A stretch of DNA of 64,000 bases. Origin: Haliotis rufescens (lineage: Eukaryota). The stretch is from the NCBI RefSeq assembly GCF_023055435.1, contig NW_025964001.1, positions 60,450,001 through 60,514,000 on the forward strand, read 5' to 3'. Numbering within the stretch: the stretch's first letter is position 1; every line of letters starts with the position of its first letter. Position numbers and translations under genes: made by a program. The notes beneath the pieces are model-generated. The model saw only the letters and a list, made by a program, of their open reading frames with translations, searched no databases and was not told where the DNA came from. Shown here one piece after another: positions 24,992 through 37,320 of this stretch.

Positions 24992-25764
24992 CATCACTCG
25001 GTATTTACAACGAGTGTAGACAATAACCTTGGTGTACTGTGTTTATATTTCTAGTCATTTAATGTGCACCGTTATGTAAATTACGACATAATAGCAGAAT
25101 CTGAGCGCGGGGACGAAACGAGAGTCGTTGAACAAGTTTCAGATACTTCCAAAGACGTATTCTTATTGCAGATGCGACCAGGGGTATATACTCAGGTTTG
25201 TCTATTAACTTCTTGTTTAATACTGCCAGGTAGCCCAGGAGAGAATGTACTCAGATACGACCTCCCCAGCGTGGACGTATTCTCCACTAAGAGATACCTT
25301 TTACAATTTGAGGAAAGAGAGCTTTCAGCGTTATTGGTGCGTGAGACTATAGTGATTAAACATGTTGCTTGAGTTCGCGAGACCGTAGCAACGTAATCAT
25401 CGGTGATTCATGGTGCTTCTCTTAACTGGTTTGTCAGAGATCACCCACATTACCGCGACTGGTTCTTTTATCTACGGGTCAGAGCTGGGGAGGATAATAT
25501 AGATACTTCCTCGCCCTTTGTGTCGCGGGTAACGCACAGGGCGATGTGGGACGTACGAATACATCAGTGGCTATTAGAGCCGTCCCTCCCTGCTACTTTG
25601 CAGCAATCCCTGGCAGATATTATGACAAACCGGAGCCCTATGCATTCAGACGTCGTCGCAATAAACCGTAAATCATTCAGTCGTTTACGTGATGGCCCAG
25701 CAACCTCTCTGACTTAAACTGTACCGTGCTAAGTTTTGGTGAACCGAGATCTTGGCGTGGGGTG

Positions 25765-25915
25765 GTTTGTTTGTTTGTTGTTTAACGCCGCACTCAGCAA
25801 TATTCCAGCTATATGACGGCGGTCAGTAAATAATCGAGTCTGGACCAGACAATCCAGTGACTGATATCATGAGCATCGACCCATGCAATTGGGAGCCTGA
25901 CCACCCGGTTCCGTT
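25765..25915 (-). mobile_element. Family C partial copy (other partial copies at about 484-590, 10512-10650, 38382-38585, 45436-45620)
   Basis: Tail-proximal identity. Confidence 0.85.
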
Positions 25916-26095
25916 AGCAGTGGGTGGTGGTGGGAAGGGTGGATTATCTTGGGATGGGAGGGACGTTTCACGGGTAGGATTGATATTAAGGGATAGAAAT
26001 AGTCAATGCGGTTTAAGCAAGGGGTCCTGAGAAATGTTAAAGGGGTGCTTAGAAATGTTAAACGGGTGCTGGGGAATATAGATACTTAAAGATAA

Positions 26096-26305
26096 TAATA
26101 GTAATAATGTGCATCTTTATAATACAACGAATCGACACCCTAAAGACGCTACATTATTACCCCGGTCAACTTGTTTTCATTCTCAACTCCCTAGGGAGTA
26201 TTAAAAAAAAGCTGCCCATGAGGCGCTGGAAGGTTAACATTCACATTACCTTGACATCCTACCGGGTACCCATTTACTGCTTAGTGAACAGAGCAATGTT
26301 TTGAA
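26096..26305 (-). mobile_element. Old Deu/Nin-domain-type SINE remnant (related remnant at about 15735-15890)
   Basis: ccgggtacccattt..gtgaacagag motif and caactccctrgggagtat shared between copies; family name from recall. Confidence 0.6.
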
Positions 26306-26665
26306 GAATGACAGGTATCCCTATTTCTGATAAAAAACAAAACAATAATCCAACATCGTTCATAATAATATTTGCTAAATCAAGGATGACAGTGCATCAG
26401 CAGTTTATATTCCCCAGTCACAGGATGTTTGCTTGTTTCATCTGGTCATCGGATCCGGAAACAATTTGATTTTAGATATGGTCATCTATATATCCGGTCA
26501 CGTTATATCATGGTATCTCTTGCTTTGTGAGTGTGATACCACTTCACTAAACACTTTGATATCACTAAGTAATTTCCTGTAGCTAGTTGTCAGACAAGGA
26601 GAGCCGATACGCCATCTCCCATTCATCGGTGCGTCACCGTGTTGTTACATGGTGATATATCAAGT

Positions 26666-26980
26666 ACCCGTGAAGATCAAGGGTAGAATAGGCTTTCAGC
26701 AACGCATGCTTGCCGTAAAAGGCGTGTATGCTTGTCGTAAGAGGCGACTATGCTTGTCGTAAGAGGCGACTATGCTTGTCGTAAGAGGCGACTAAAGGGA
26801 TCGGATGGTCAAGCTCGCTGACTTGGTTGATGCATTTCATCGTATCCCAATTGCGTGGATCGTTGCACGTGACATCAATCACTTGATTGTCTGGTCCAGA
26901 CTCGATTTTTTTCAGACCGCCGTCATATAGCTGGAATATTCCTGTGTGCGGCGTTAAACAACAAACAAACAAATAAATAA
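26666..26980 (+). mobile_element. Family C element with four copies of the internal 22-bp unit
   Basis: atgcttgtcgtaagaggcgact repeated across 26706-26793. Confidence 0.92.
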
Positions 26981-27747
26981 GCAGGTCCCACGTGGCGGAC
27001 ACAGCGGCCCCATGAATGACAGATTTGTATACAGGTGAGATAGATACCCTGTCACGTGCGCGTTCACTGTGCACGGCCGCGGAGTGTGACACATCTGCAC
27101 ACAGACGGGTTCCCCACGCAGCCGTGGTGTGACAATTCAAAGTCAGTGACACCTACGATTGTCCTCGCGCTGGTACCCCCGTACTTGACGTACAATATTT
27201 TTCCTTTATCAGATAACATAAGTAGGTGGATGACATTACGTGTTTGGCCAGACTTGGCCTGACAATGCACTTTATATTTGCAGTTTCAATGATGTGAGGT
27301 AGGTTCCCGGAGAACCTTGACATGAAACAAACAAACCGCCTGCTGGGTGTTTGGAAAAAACTCTCTATTCTCTTCCTTGGAGGTACAAGACAATCACTAG
27401 TTTGCTAGAGCTCACGTACTAAATCGTCTCACAGTCCCTGAACCATATTATGTTCCCTTCTGTCTAGCCCCTACTGTTATGCTATTTCCCTAAATGAAGC
27501 AAGTCTAGATTTCCTCCCATCTCACTGGGGCTCCTTTCAATTGTAAACGGAGTTGTTTGTTTCTATCAAAATGTCTGCGTAATAATCAGAGCTACGTGGT
27601 CTTTGTACATTTTAACTGACGTGAAACACGATCGCCAATGTGGCAACGTCCCCGACGTATCGTAGGCTGTGGGTCATTATAACGGACCTATGCATATTCA
27701 GCTTATATCCGTCTGGAGTGGTCCTAGTCTGCTGTTCCAGGCCTTAC

Positions 27748-27822
27748 CGTGACGTGTGACACCCAGCACAGCACAACCAACACGAGCATAGTGATGGACC
27801 GAACACTTCCGGTTGACGTCAT
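27748..27822 (-). CDS. ADAMTS-like protein, coding exon 1: signal peptide MTSTGSVRSITMLVLVVLCWVSHVT (whole exon 27748-27893 including 5'UTR)
   Basis: Acceptor tgtttatttcag| at 27894; in-frame upstream TGA (27838-27840); hydrophobic core; phase-0 donor ACG|gtaagg matches the phase-0 next exon, giving a VTG-DGMW cleavage-like site. Not in the ORF track. Confidence 0.8.
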
Positions 27823-27837
27823 TTCGAGGTTAGGTCC

Positions 27838-27855
27838 TCACACCGCTTGTCTCAT
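27838..27855 (-). promoter_or_regulatory. uORF (MRQAV*) in the 5'UTR part of the signal-peptide exon
   Basis: ATG AGA CAA GCG GTG TGA, ending 15 nt before the main ATG. Confidence 0.5.
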
Positions 27856-28018
27856 TGGTGTCGTCTGCTGTCACCTCGTCACTCCGCCAATGGCTGAAAT
27901 AAACACAAGGAGATCATTGAAGTTTCCATCATTTGTATCGAACAGAATATTTTTTTAAAAATGCATGTATCAGTGAGTACTCTCTCTGACCTCGTGAACC
28001 CGATCATCACTCGGGGAT

Positions 28019-28564
28019 CATCTTCCCGAAGCAAGGGAGTTAACTGACTATAAAAGTCCAGTTTCCACCTTTGCCGAACTAGGCTGGAATTCCGGAGTTA
28101 CATTTTGGCTGGAATAACGAATCTATGCGTAGTCCAATAAAATCGCGCAACGAACTAGACATCCGGTTCGTAAACAAAATGGATTTCAAAGTGCAAATTT
28201 CAGTCGACTCCAGGATTTGCAAAGTATGTGTTCTGTCAATAGATATTTACCAAATCTTGTCATGTTTTTTTATCAAGGTGCTCAAATTATTTTATCAACT
28301 TCGCGAGGTAAGACCCGTTTTATTACAATATAGATGTTGATTATCGATCGGATCGTCTTGACTGGGGGCGGCCTTTTTGTTTCAAGCAAATGCAAGTGAT
28401 ATGAGAGGTGGAATCTGATTGGTCAATAAGAGGCACATAAAAGGGACATAACTCAAAATAGCTACAGGTGGCGCTACGATCGAGCCACGAAATTCCAGCG
28501 TAGTTCGGCAAGGATGGGAAACTGGACTTTTGTTGTCAATTAACTCCCTTGCCTCGGGAAGATT
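28019..28564. mobile_element. Mutator-like MITE with ~70-bp TIRs
   Basis: catcttcccga.gcaagggagttaac.. inverted at both ends; degenerate TSD containing tcgggg. Confidence 0.88.
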
Positions 28565-28619
28565 TCGGGGTATGTGGCCATCATTATAGTAGCAAGAGTC
28601 ATCATCCGCTCTTTGTTAG

Positions 28620-29090
28620 AGCCTAAACGTCTAAGGCGCCGCAATTGGCTGTGCAGAGTTTCATCTGGTCTGTCTTACAGACCCTCAGACACAAATATAT
28701 CAAATACAGCCCATGCAACTCTATAATGTTTGGCAAGTCTAGATTACTGCAAATAAAGTGAGTCTCGGGACTCCATTTTATTATACTTTTATTAAGATAA
28801 TTCAACAACTGTTTTTTTTCTGTACGATGTGTTCATTTCAGAGACTAGATGTTAGTCTTAGTTTCATCCTTTGGGCCTGCCACAATCCCATGATTGGTGG
28901 TTCCGAATCCCTTGCATTGCTTATATATCAAGGTTTGTAAGTATCATACCCGTGCTCGTAGGTTTCACCAAAGTGGTAAACGTCTGAGACCTGCATTGCT
29001 CCGGGCTTTCCCGCCACACTAAGCTAGCATGCCGTGATTTAACTATTCAAATACTATTCCAAGCGGCGTTACACCAAACCTCACCCACTC
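28620..29090 (+). mobile_element. Diverged family B SINE interrupted by a family E element (28666-28859)
   Basis: 9-bp TSD agtttcatc (28657-28665, 28860-28868). Confidence 0.85.
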
Positions 29091-29239
29091 CCTAGGTTTG
29101 ATGATTGCTCTTGTACATTTCCTACACCTCTCCTACCCCTCGCCATCCTCCATAGGACAGAAGTTGCATTACGTACATATAACTGACATTCACAGGTATA
29201 GTCATATGTGTGCGTGCGTGCGTGCGTGCGTGAGTGCGT

Positions 29240-30100
29240 GCGCTGTCACTCTTAATCGCAACATGTCCTCTACACCTACAGGTACTGATGCATCACACTG
29301 TCTGTCTCGCACTGTCACTCACATCTGTAACAGGTCCTCTACACCTTCAAGTACCGATGCATGACACTCTCTGTCTCACGCTGTCACTCACATCTTTAAC
29401 AGGTACTCTAGGCCTACAAGTACTGATGCATGACACTCTCTGTCTCGCGCTGTCACTCATATCTGTAACAGGTACTCTAGGCCTACAAGTACTGATGCAT
29501 GACACTCTCTGTCTCACGCTGTCACTCACATCTGTAACAGGTACTCTAGGCCTACAAGTACTGATGCATGACACTCTCTGTCTCGCGCTGTCACTCATAT
29601 CTGTAACAGGTACTCTAGGCCTACAAGTACCGATGCATGACGCTCTCTGTCTCACGCTGTCACTCACATCTGTAACAGGTACTCTAGGCCTACAAGTACT
29701 GATGCATGACACTCTCTGTCTCGCGCTGTCACTCATATCTGTAACAGGTACTCTAGGCCTACAAGTACTGATGCATGACACTCTCTGTCTCACGCTGTCA
29801 CTCATATCAGTAACATGTACTCTAGACCTACAAGTACTGATGCATGACACTGTCTGTCTCGCGCTGTCACTCACATCTGTACCATGTCCTCTAGACCTAC
29901 AAGTACTGATGCATGACACTGTCTGTCTCGCGCTGTCACTCTCATATGTAACATGTCCTCTACACCTACAAGTACTGATGCATGACACTGTCTGTCTCGT
30001 GCTGTCTCTCGCATCTGTACCATGTCCTCTACACCTACAAGTACTGATGCATGACACTGTCTGTCTCGTGCTGTCTCTCGCATCGGCAACATGTCCCCCT
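29240..30100. repeat. 69-bp minisatellite, about 12 units
   Basis: aggtactctagg recurs at 29401, 29470 and onward. Confidence 0.95.
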
Positions 30101-30937
30101 CCTCCCCCCCTACACACACACACGTGATATATCAGTGTCTGTCTCGCGCTGCAACACGAATATCCACTTTGCGTGTAAATTGTTTTGAATTTAAGTGTAA
30201 ATAAAATGATAGATTCTATTGCCAGTCTTTTTTGGAAACACGATTTTGGTATACGTTTGTACAGCTGTCGAAGCAGGGTGATCCTATGCAGACAAAATAT
30301 CAATGCATTCCGTGCTTCCGTGTCGTACTATTACTGCGGAGATATGAAGGGGTTTGCTGTGACTCACGTTCGGCAATAGCGACTGTGCAGCGAGGTCTTG
30401 CTAAACAAACAGGTATGTATATAATAGAACAAACACTGAATAAAACTGAGATGTGATCTCCCAATCGGAGTAGACTATGAATAGATCTAGTGTACTCAAA
30501 AAACCTTTTGGTCTTATAAGCTATGTGGCGCGCATTCCTACCTGTAATATATAATTATAGTATCGGATAGATCATCTTCGGTTATCCGGGGTTTTAAATC
30601 TTGTTTCTGTTCGTATAAATACCCTGACATATAAATAGACCGTACCTTTGTTTTGAGTTAAGTTCGAATGACATGTCGATATAAATAGCCAATCAAATTA
30701 CACTGTTCCATGATTGAAACAAGTAGCAAATATCTTTAGTAGCCGACTCTACCTTCTCATGCCGTCTCAAATACAAGCGTCTTGCAGCAAAAGAACTTCC
30801 CTCCCAGTACTCGGGAAAAGAATTTTTTGCTTCTCAGATTTCATTGATAACAATCTTCCCTTTTCGATTAAATTCATCGAGGTTTCGCACGGACGAGGCC
30901 GTGACTTTGAATGCACAATGACTGTAGAATATACTTA

Positions 30938-31113
30938 CAGTAAACTACGCTTATAACGAACACGCTTTAAAACGAACTGACGGATTAACGAATTTATTTT
31001 TTTGGTCTCGGCCATTTGCTGTATATATGCTGTACATATGCTTATAACGAACTACGGTTATAACGAATAAGAATTAGTGATCCCTTTTGGTTCGTTATAA
31101 GCGTAGTTTACTG
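30938..31113. mobile_element. pogo/Tigger-like MITE
   Basis: Perfect 24-bp TIR cagtaaactacgcttataacgaac; TA TSD. Confidence 0.92.
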
Positions 31114-31236
31114 TATTTTATGAAGCCAAAACCAATCTGGATATAAATAAAAGCAAGTCTAGCCATCTCTATTACACATAGAATTTCCATGAAATCAGAA
31201 TCAGGAAAATGAATTGTTTTAATTTTAGAGGAGAGA

Positions 31237-31500
31237 GTGAGTGAGTTGTGTTTAACGCCGGTTTTAACAATATTCCAGTTATATCACGGCGTGACAGCTT
31301 AATTTGGGAGGAAAGCCCGAAGTGATGCAGGTCTCAGACGGTTACCACTTCGGTGACACCCACGAGCACGGGTAGGGTGCTGACAAACCTAGAAACTTAA
31401 TCGGGGCGAACCAGGATTCGAACCCACAATCATAAGTTTCTGGCGTGTCCAAGGGACGCAACTCTGCACAGCGAATCGCGGCGGGGCCACCCTTGCCCCC
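31237..31500 (-). mobile_element. SINE family B
   Basis: TSD tagaggagaga (31226-31236, 31501-31511). Confidence 0.93.
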
Positions 31501-31566
31501 TAGAGGAGAGAAATGTATTGTATGATAAAAGATTTTATAGACTTTATGTTAGTCTAATCTACTCCA

Positions 31567-31706
31567 GGGGCGACCGAGTAGCCTAGCGGTTAAAGCGTTC
31601 ACTCGTCACGCCGAAGACCCGGGTTCAATTCCCGACATGGGTACAATGTGTGAATATGGCTGGAATATTGCTAAAAGCGGCGTAAAATCAAACTCACTCA
31701 CTCACT
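31567..31706 (+). mobile_element. SINE family A with internal deletion
   Basis: Head and tail match other copies; central ~30 bp missing. Confidence 0.9.
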
Positions 31707-32709
31707 AATGTTCTCCGACCTCCCGTTCAGAAGAGGCATTTGGATTCATGGTTAGCGGTTTCAAGCTTTCGAGAGAATTTCTGCGCTAACTATAGGAGGA
31801 GTTGTTGACGTCACTTCCAACCGACGTTATGGTGGCGAATGGGTCCACGGTTTCTTTCACATCAGAATGGAGATATATACTCACCTCCAAAAGAAACGCG
31901 AACCATAGAAACATATAGAGAAGTATGTACGTAAAGCGAGATGTTTCCAATGTGTACCAATTAATGACAAAAGTGACAATCAGTCAAGTTACCACAGACT
32001 GTCTTTATTCTTACCACGATATGCTGAACGTGATTTCCAAACTAATCCTGCACGAGACAAATGGTGCATCTCGAGTCGTTGATCTATGACGTCACATGAG
32101 ATGCGTTCATGAGCGTCGCTTCACATAACATAACAGTATGGTATGTGTATCAAACCAATCTGATATCTCTTGAATTTGAGTAATTCTTCATATATTAACC
32201 AACATATATCGAAATCGCGTTTCGTTTGTCGGTGAGAGTATTACGCTGGATATTCGGGGATTGACAGAGTGGGTGTGTATCTTCTTCTCGCGTAGAGACT
32301 GTGTCTTCTACTTGCTTCCGATCGCAGTGCTGTCAACTATAATCTAAAGGGTGTACCCGAGGCATTGCAAGGCGACATTTTCGATACGCCTCCTATGTCG
32401 GCGGCGGCAGTGTTACTGAATGACGCCTGGCAGTAGAGCCAGTCTCCGACTCTGTGACAGGGTCACGGTATAACCGGTGTAAGGAGTTCAGTCACCAAGG
32501 CCGTTGCTACTTCCGGGGAACAGTCTGTAAAAGACTTCAGAGACAAGTTATGTGTGATGGTCTTGATGCAGTTACAAGTACGTGTCGGCGGTACTTGACC
32601 CGTGGGTCCGGATACGTCAAGTAGCAGCACATGAACTTAGAGCATCTGAGTGCATCTACTTGTTGCATGCTTGTTTTTAGTCTCGTCCACTCCTTCCACA
32701 CCTCGTCCA

Positions 32710-35700
32710 AGATTATCTGTACCCGATCCACGTGTCTACTCACTAGATTCTCCATACCCGACCCACGTGTCTAGTCACTAGATTATGTGTACCCGATCCA
32801 CGTGTCTACTCACTAGATTCTCCATACCCGATCAACGTGTCTAGTCACTAGATTGTCTGTACCCGATCCATGTGTCTACTCACTAGATAATCTGTACCCG
32901 ACCCACGTGTCTAGTCACTAGATTATCTGTACCAGATCCACGTGTCTACTCACTAGATTCTCCATACCCGACCCACGTGTCTAGTCACTAGATTATCTGT
33001 ACCCGGTCAACGTGTCTACACACTAGATTATCTGTACCCGGTCAACGTGTCTACACACTAGATTACCTGTACCCGGTCAACGTGTCTACACACTAGATTA
33101 TCTGTACCCGGTCCACGTGTCTACACACTAGATTATCTGTACCCGGTCAACGTGTCTAGTTACAAGATTATCTGTACCCGATCCACGTGTCTACTCACTA
33201 GATAATCTGTACCCGACCCACGTGTCTAGTCACTAGATTATCTGTACCAGATCCACGTGTCTACTCACTAGATTCTCCATACCCGACCCACGTGTCTAGT
33301 CACTAGATTATGTGTACCCGATCCACGTGTCTACTCACTAGATTCTCCATACCCGATCAACGTGTCTAGTCACTAGATTGTCTGTACCCGATCCATGTGT
33401 CTAGTCACTAGATTCTCCATACCCGATCCACGTGTCTACTCACTAGATAATCTGTACCCGGTCCACGTGTCTACACACTAGATTATCTGTACCCGGTCAA
33501 CGTGTCTAGTTACAAGATTATCTGTACCCGATCCACGTGTCTACTCACTAGATTCTCCATACCCGACCCACGTGTCTAGTCACTAGATTATGTGTACCCT
33601 ATCCACGTGTCTACTCACTAGATTCTCCATACCCGATCAACGTGTCTAGTCACTAGATTGTCTGTACCCGATCCATGTGTCTACTCACTAGATAATCTGT
33701 ACCCGACCCACGTGTCTAGTCACTAGATTATCTGTACCAGATCCACGTGTCTACTCACTAGATTCTCCATACCCGACCCACGTGTCTAGTCACTAGATTA
33801 TCTGTACCCGGTCAACGTGTCTACACACTAGATTATCTGTACCCGGTCAACGTGTCTACACACTAGATTATCTGTACCCGGTCAACGTGTCTACACACTA
33901 GATTATCTGTACCCGGTCCACGTGTCTACACACTAGATTATCTGTACCCGGTCAACGTGTCTAGTTACAAGATTATCTGTACCCGATCCACGTGTCTACT
34001 CACTAGATAATCTGTACCCGACCCACGTGTCTAGTCACTAGATTATCTGTACCAGATCCACGTGTCTACTCACTAGATTCTCCATACCCGACCCACGTGT
34101 CTAGTCACTAGATTATGTGTACCCGATCCATGTGTCTACTCACTAGATTCTCCATACCCGATCAACGTGTCTACTCACTAGATTGTCTGTACCCGATCCA
34201 TGTGTCTAGTCACTAGATTCTCCATACCCGATCCACGTGTCTACTCACTAGATAATCTGTACCCGATCCACGTGTCTACACACTAGATTATCTGTACCCG
34301 ATCCACGTGTCTAGTCACTAGATTATCTGTACCCGGTCAACGTGTCTACACACTAGATTATCTGTACCCGGTCAACGTGTCTACACACTAGATTATCTGT
34401 ACCCGGTCCACGTGTCTACACACTAGATTATCTGTACCCGGTCAACGTGTCTAGTTACAAGATTATCTGTACCCGATCCACGTGTCTACTCACTAGATAA
34501 TCTGTACCCGATCCATGTGTCTACTCACTAGATAATCTGTACCCGACCCACGTGTCTAGTCACTAGATTATCTGTACCAGATCCACGTGTCTACTCACTA
34601 GATTCTCCATACCCGACCCACGTGTCTAGTCACTAGATTATCTGTACCCGGTCAACGTGTCTACACACTAGATTATCTGTACCCGGTCAACGTGTCTACA
34701 CACTAGATTATCTGTACCCGGTCCACGTGTCTACACACTAGATTATCTGTACCCGGTCAACGTGTCTAGTTACAAGATTATCTGTACCCGATCCACGTGT
34801 CTACTCACTAGATTCTCCATACCCGACCCACGTGTCTAGTCACTAGATTATGTGTACCCGATCCACGTGTCTACTCACTAGATTCTCCATACCCGATCAA
34901 CGTGTCTACTCACTAGATTGTCTGTACCCGATCCATGTGTCTAGTCACTAGATTCTCCATACCCGATCCACGTGTCTACTCACTAGATAATCTGTACCCG
35001 ATCCACGTGTCTACACACTAGATTATCTGTACCCGATCCACGTGTCTAGTCACTAGATTATCTGTACCCGGTCCACGTGTCTACACACTAGATTATCTGT
35101 ACCCGGTCAACGTGTCTAGTTACAAGATTATCTGTACCCGATCCACGTGTCTACTCACTAGATTATCTGTACCCGATCCACGTGTCTACACACTAGATTA
35201 TCTGTACCCGGTCAACGTGTCTAGTTACAAGATTATTTATTTCCGATCAACGTGTCTACTCACTAGATTCTCCATACCCGATCCACGTGTCTAGTTACAA
35301 GATTATCTGTACCCGATCCACGTGTCTACTCACTAGATTATCTGTACCCGGTCAACGTGTCTAGTTACAAGATTATCTGTACCCGATCCACGTGTCTACT
35401 CACTAGATTATCTGTACCCGGTCCACGTGTCTACACACTAGATTATCTGTACCCGATCCACGTGTCTACACACTAGATTATCTGTACCCGATCCACGTGT
35501 CTACTCACTAGATTATCTGTACCCGGTCAACGTGTCTACACACTAGATTATCTCTACCCGATCCACGTGTCTACTCACTAGATTATCTGTACCCGGTCAA
35601 CGTGTCTACACACTAGATTATCTGTACCCGGTCAACGTGTCTACACACTAGATTATCTGTACCCGGTCAACGTGTCTAGTTACAAGATTATTTATTTCCG

Positions 35701-35850
35701 ATCAACGTGTCTACTCACCAGATTCTCCATACCCAATCCACGTGTCTACTCACTAGACTATCTATTCCCGATAAACGTGTCAAGTCACTAGATTATGTAT
35801 TGCCGATCCACATCTCTAGTCACTAGATTATGTCTTCCACGTGTCTAGTC
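32710..35850. repeat. 35-bp minisatellite, about 90 units, with 805-840-bp higher-order repeats
   Basis: gattatctgtacccgatccacgtgtctactcacta; accag variant at 32931/33736/34576 and 33246/34051. Confidence 0.98.
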
Positions 35851-36087
35851 CGAAATGGTGGCTAGCACTGTAACACCCGCCTTTGTCACACATGTGTAAG
35901 GACAAAGTTTTTATTTCGCCGCTTAACCCAAAAGACAAAAGTGTCCACAAGAAATACATTTTGTCACTCAGGTAAGGGGCGGGATAGTGTGCCTTGTTAA
36001 GATATAAATTTAAAAAAACGTCAACGCCAGAGAATAGCAATCCCGATTATCCGCCGAAACAGATTCCATTGGGCGTAAGAGGCAACA

Positions 36088-36520
36088 CATCTTCCCGAGG
36101 CAAGAGATTTAACTGACTTTAAAAGTCCAGTTTCCACCCTTGCCGAACTAGGCTTGCATTTGCTTCAAACAAAACAGTGGCGCCAAGTCAAGACGATCTG
36201 ATCGATAATCAAGGTCTATGTTGTGATAAAACGGATCTTACATTGCGCAATGCGAGAGCACCTTGATTAAAAACATGAAAAGATTTGGAAAATATCTGTT
36301 GACAACGAGTTGGCGGTGCACATGCTTTGCAAATCCTGCAATCGACCGAAATCTGCACGACAGTTTACGAACAGGATTTCGATTTCGTTGCACGATTTTG
36401 ATTGGACTATGCATAGACTCGTTAGTCCAGCCAAAATGTAACTCCATAATACCAGCCTAGTTCGGCAAGGGTGGAAACTGGACTTTTATAGTCTGTTAAC
36501 TCCCTTGCCTTGGGAAGATG
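36088..36520. mobile_element. Mutator-like MITE, same family as 28019, opposite orientation
   Basis: Perfect 9-bp TSD gaggcaaca (36079-36087, 36521-36529). Confidence 0.92.
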
Positions 36521-36974
36521 GAGGCAACATAGCTATGAACAATACATTTGAATGGAATTATACACACAGGCTGAAGTTCATACAACAGTGGTAGACTCTC
36601 CCACAACCCCTGTGTCGTGACCACCCTCAATATCTACACCGTGCCCGGAGTGCAGTACAGACACGATTAACCGCTGGGAACCTCTGCCCTGTAATCGTAC
36701 CTGACCTAGCACTGTATACATGCGAGCTGACAGAAGTCGACGACCGAGGACGTTAACAGGTGCGGCAGTCTGCGTGGCGTGGTTAGACAGTATAACACCT
36801 TGGGGTGAAGGGTAGCCGTGGACTTGTCAGATATATCAAGCCTTCCGTTGAAGCAGGTGCTCACTGGCGTACATGATAATGCTTTTTTGTGTTCCGATAA
36901 CTGAATGTCCAATAGAATGAATTATTCCCTTATCTGTATTTGATTACATACATGCATATACATGCACACAGACA

Positions 36975-36998
36975 GACATACACGCACGCGCGCGCGCG

Positions 36999-37047
<49 letters not shown>

Positions 37048-37080
37048 TCACTCACACACATGCACACACGCACACACGCA
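36975..37080. repeat. Compound (CG)n/(CA)n microsatellite
   Basis: Direct observation. Confidence 0.95.
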
Positions 37081-37159
37081 GCAGTCCCTGCTGTCCAGTT
37101 GGGCTAGATTCAAACTCAAGCCGTAGAATCTGTAGACCAACCAGAGACTAAGTAGGCGC

Positions 37160-37320
37160 AATCTATGGATAACAACTTCTTTAATACTGTTTCGGTATTG
37201 ATCCTCATACCGTTGTCAAGCAAGGATCTATACCGAAACGTTGCCTTTACAGGATTGTTATCAATAAAATTGTGTCTACTTTGTCATCCGTCAAACTCTA
37301 AGTAATGCCTATCAAACAAT
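37160..37320. mobile_element. Penelope-like pseudo-LTR fragment, inverted piece plus direct piece
   Basis: 37160-37225 is reverse complement of the 44101-44180 motif; 37222-37320 is a direct copy. Confidence 0.7.

Noticed and set aside
25064-25717. Two ~100-aa plus-strand ORFs in the first coding intron
   Set aside because: Non-ATG starts, no recognisable domain; a BLAST search would be needed to exclude fully
29234-30303. 297-aa and 318-aa ORFs
   Set aside because: Both-strand ORFs from a 69-bp tandem repeat; no splice or start support
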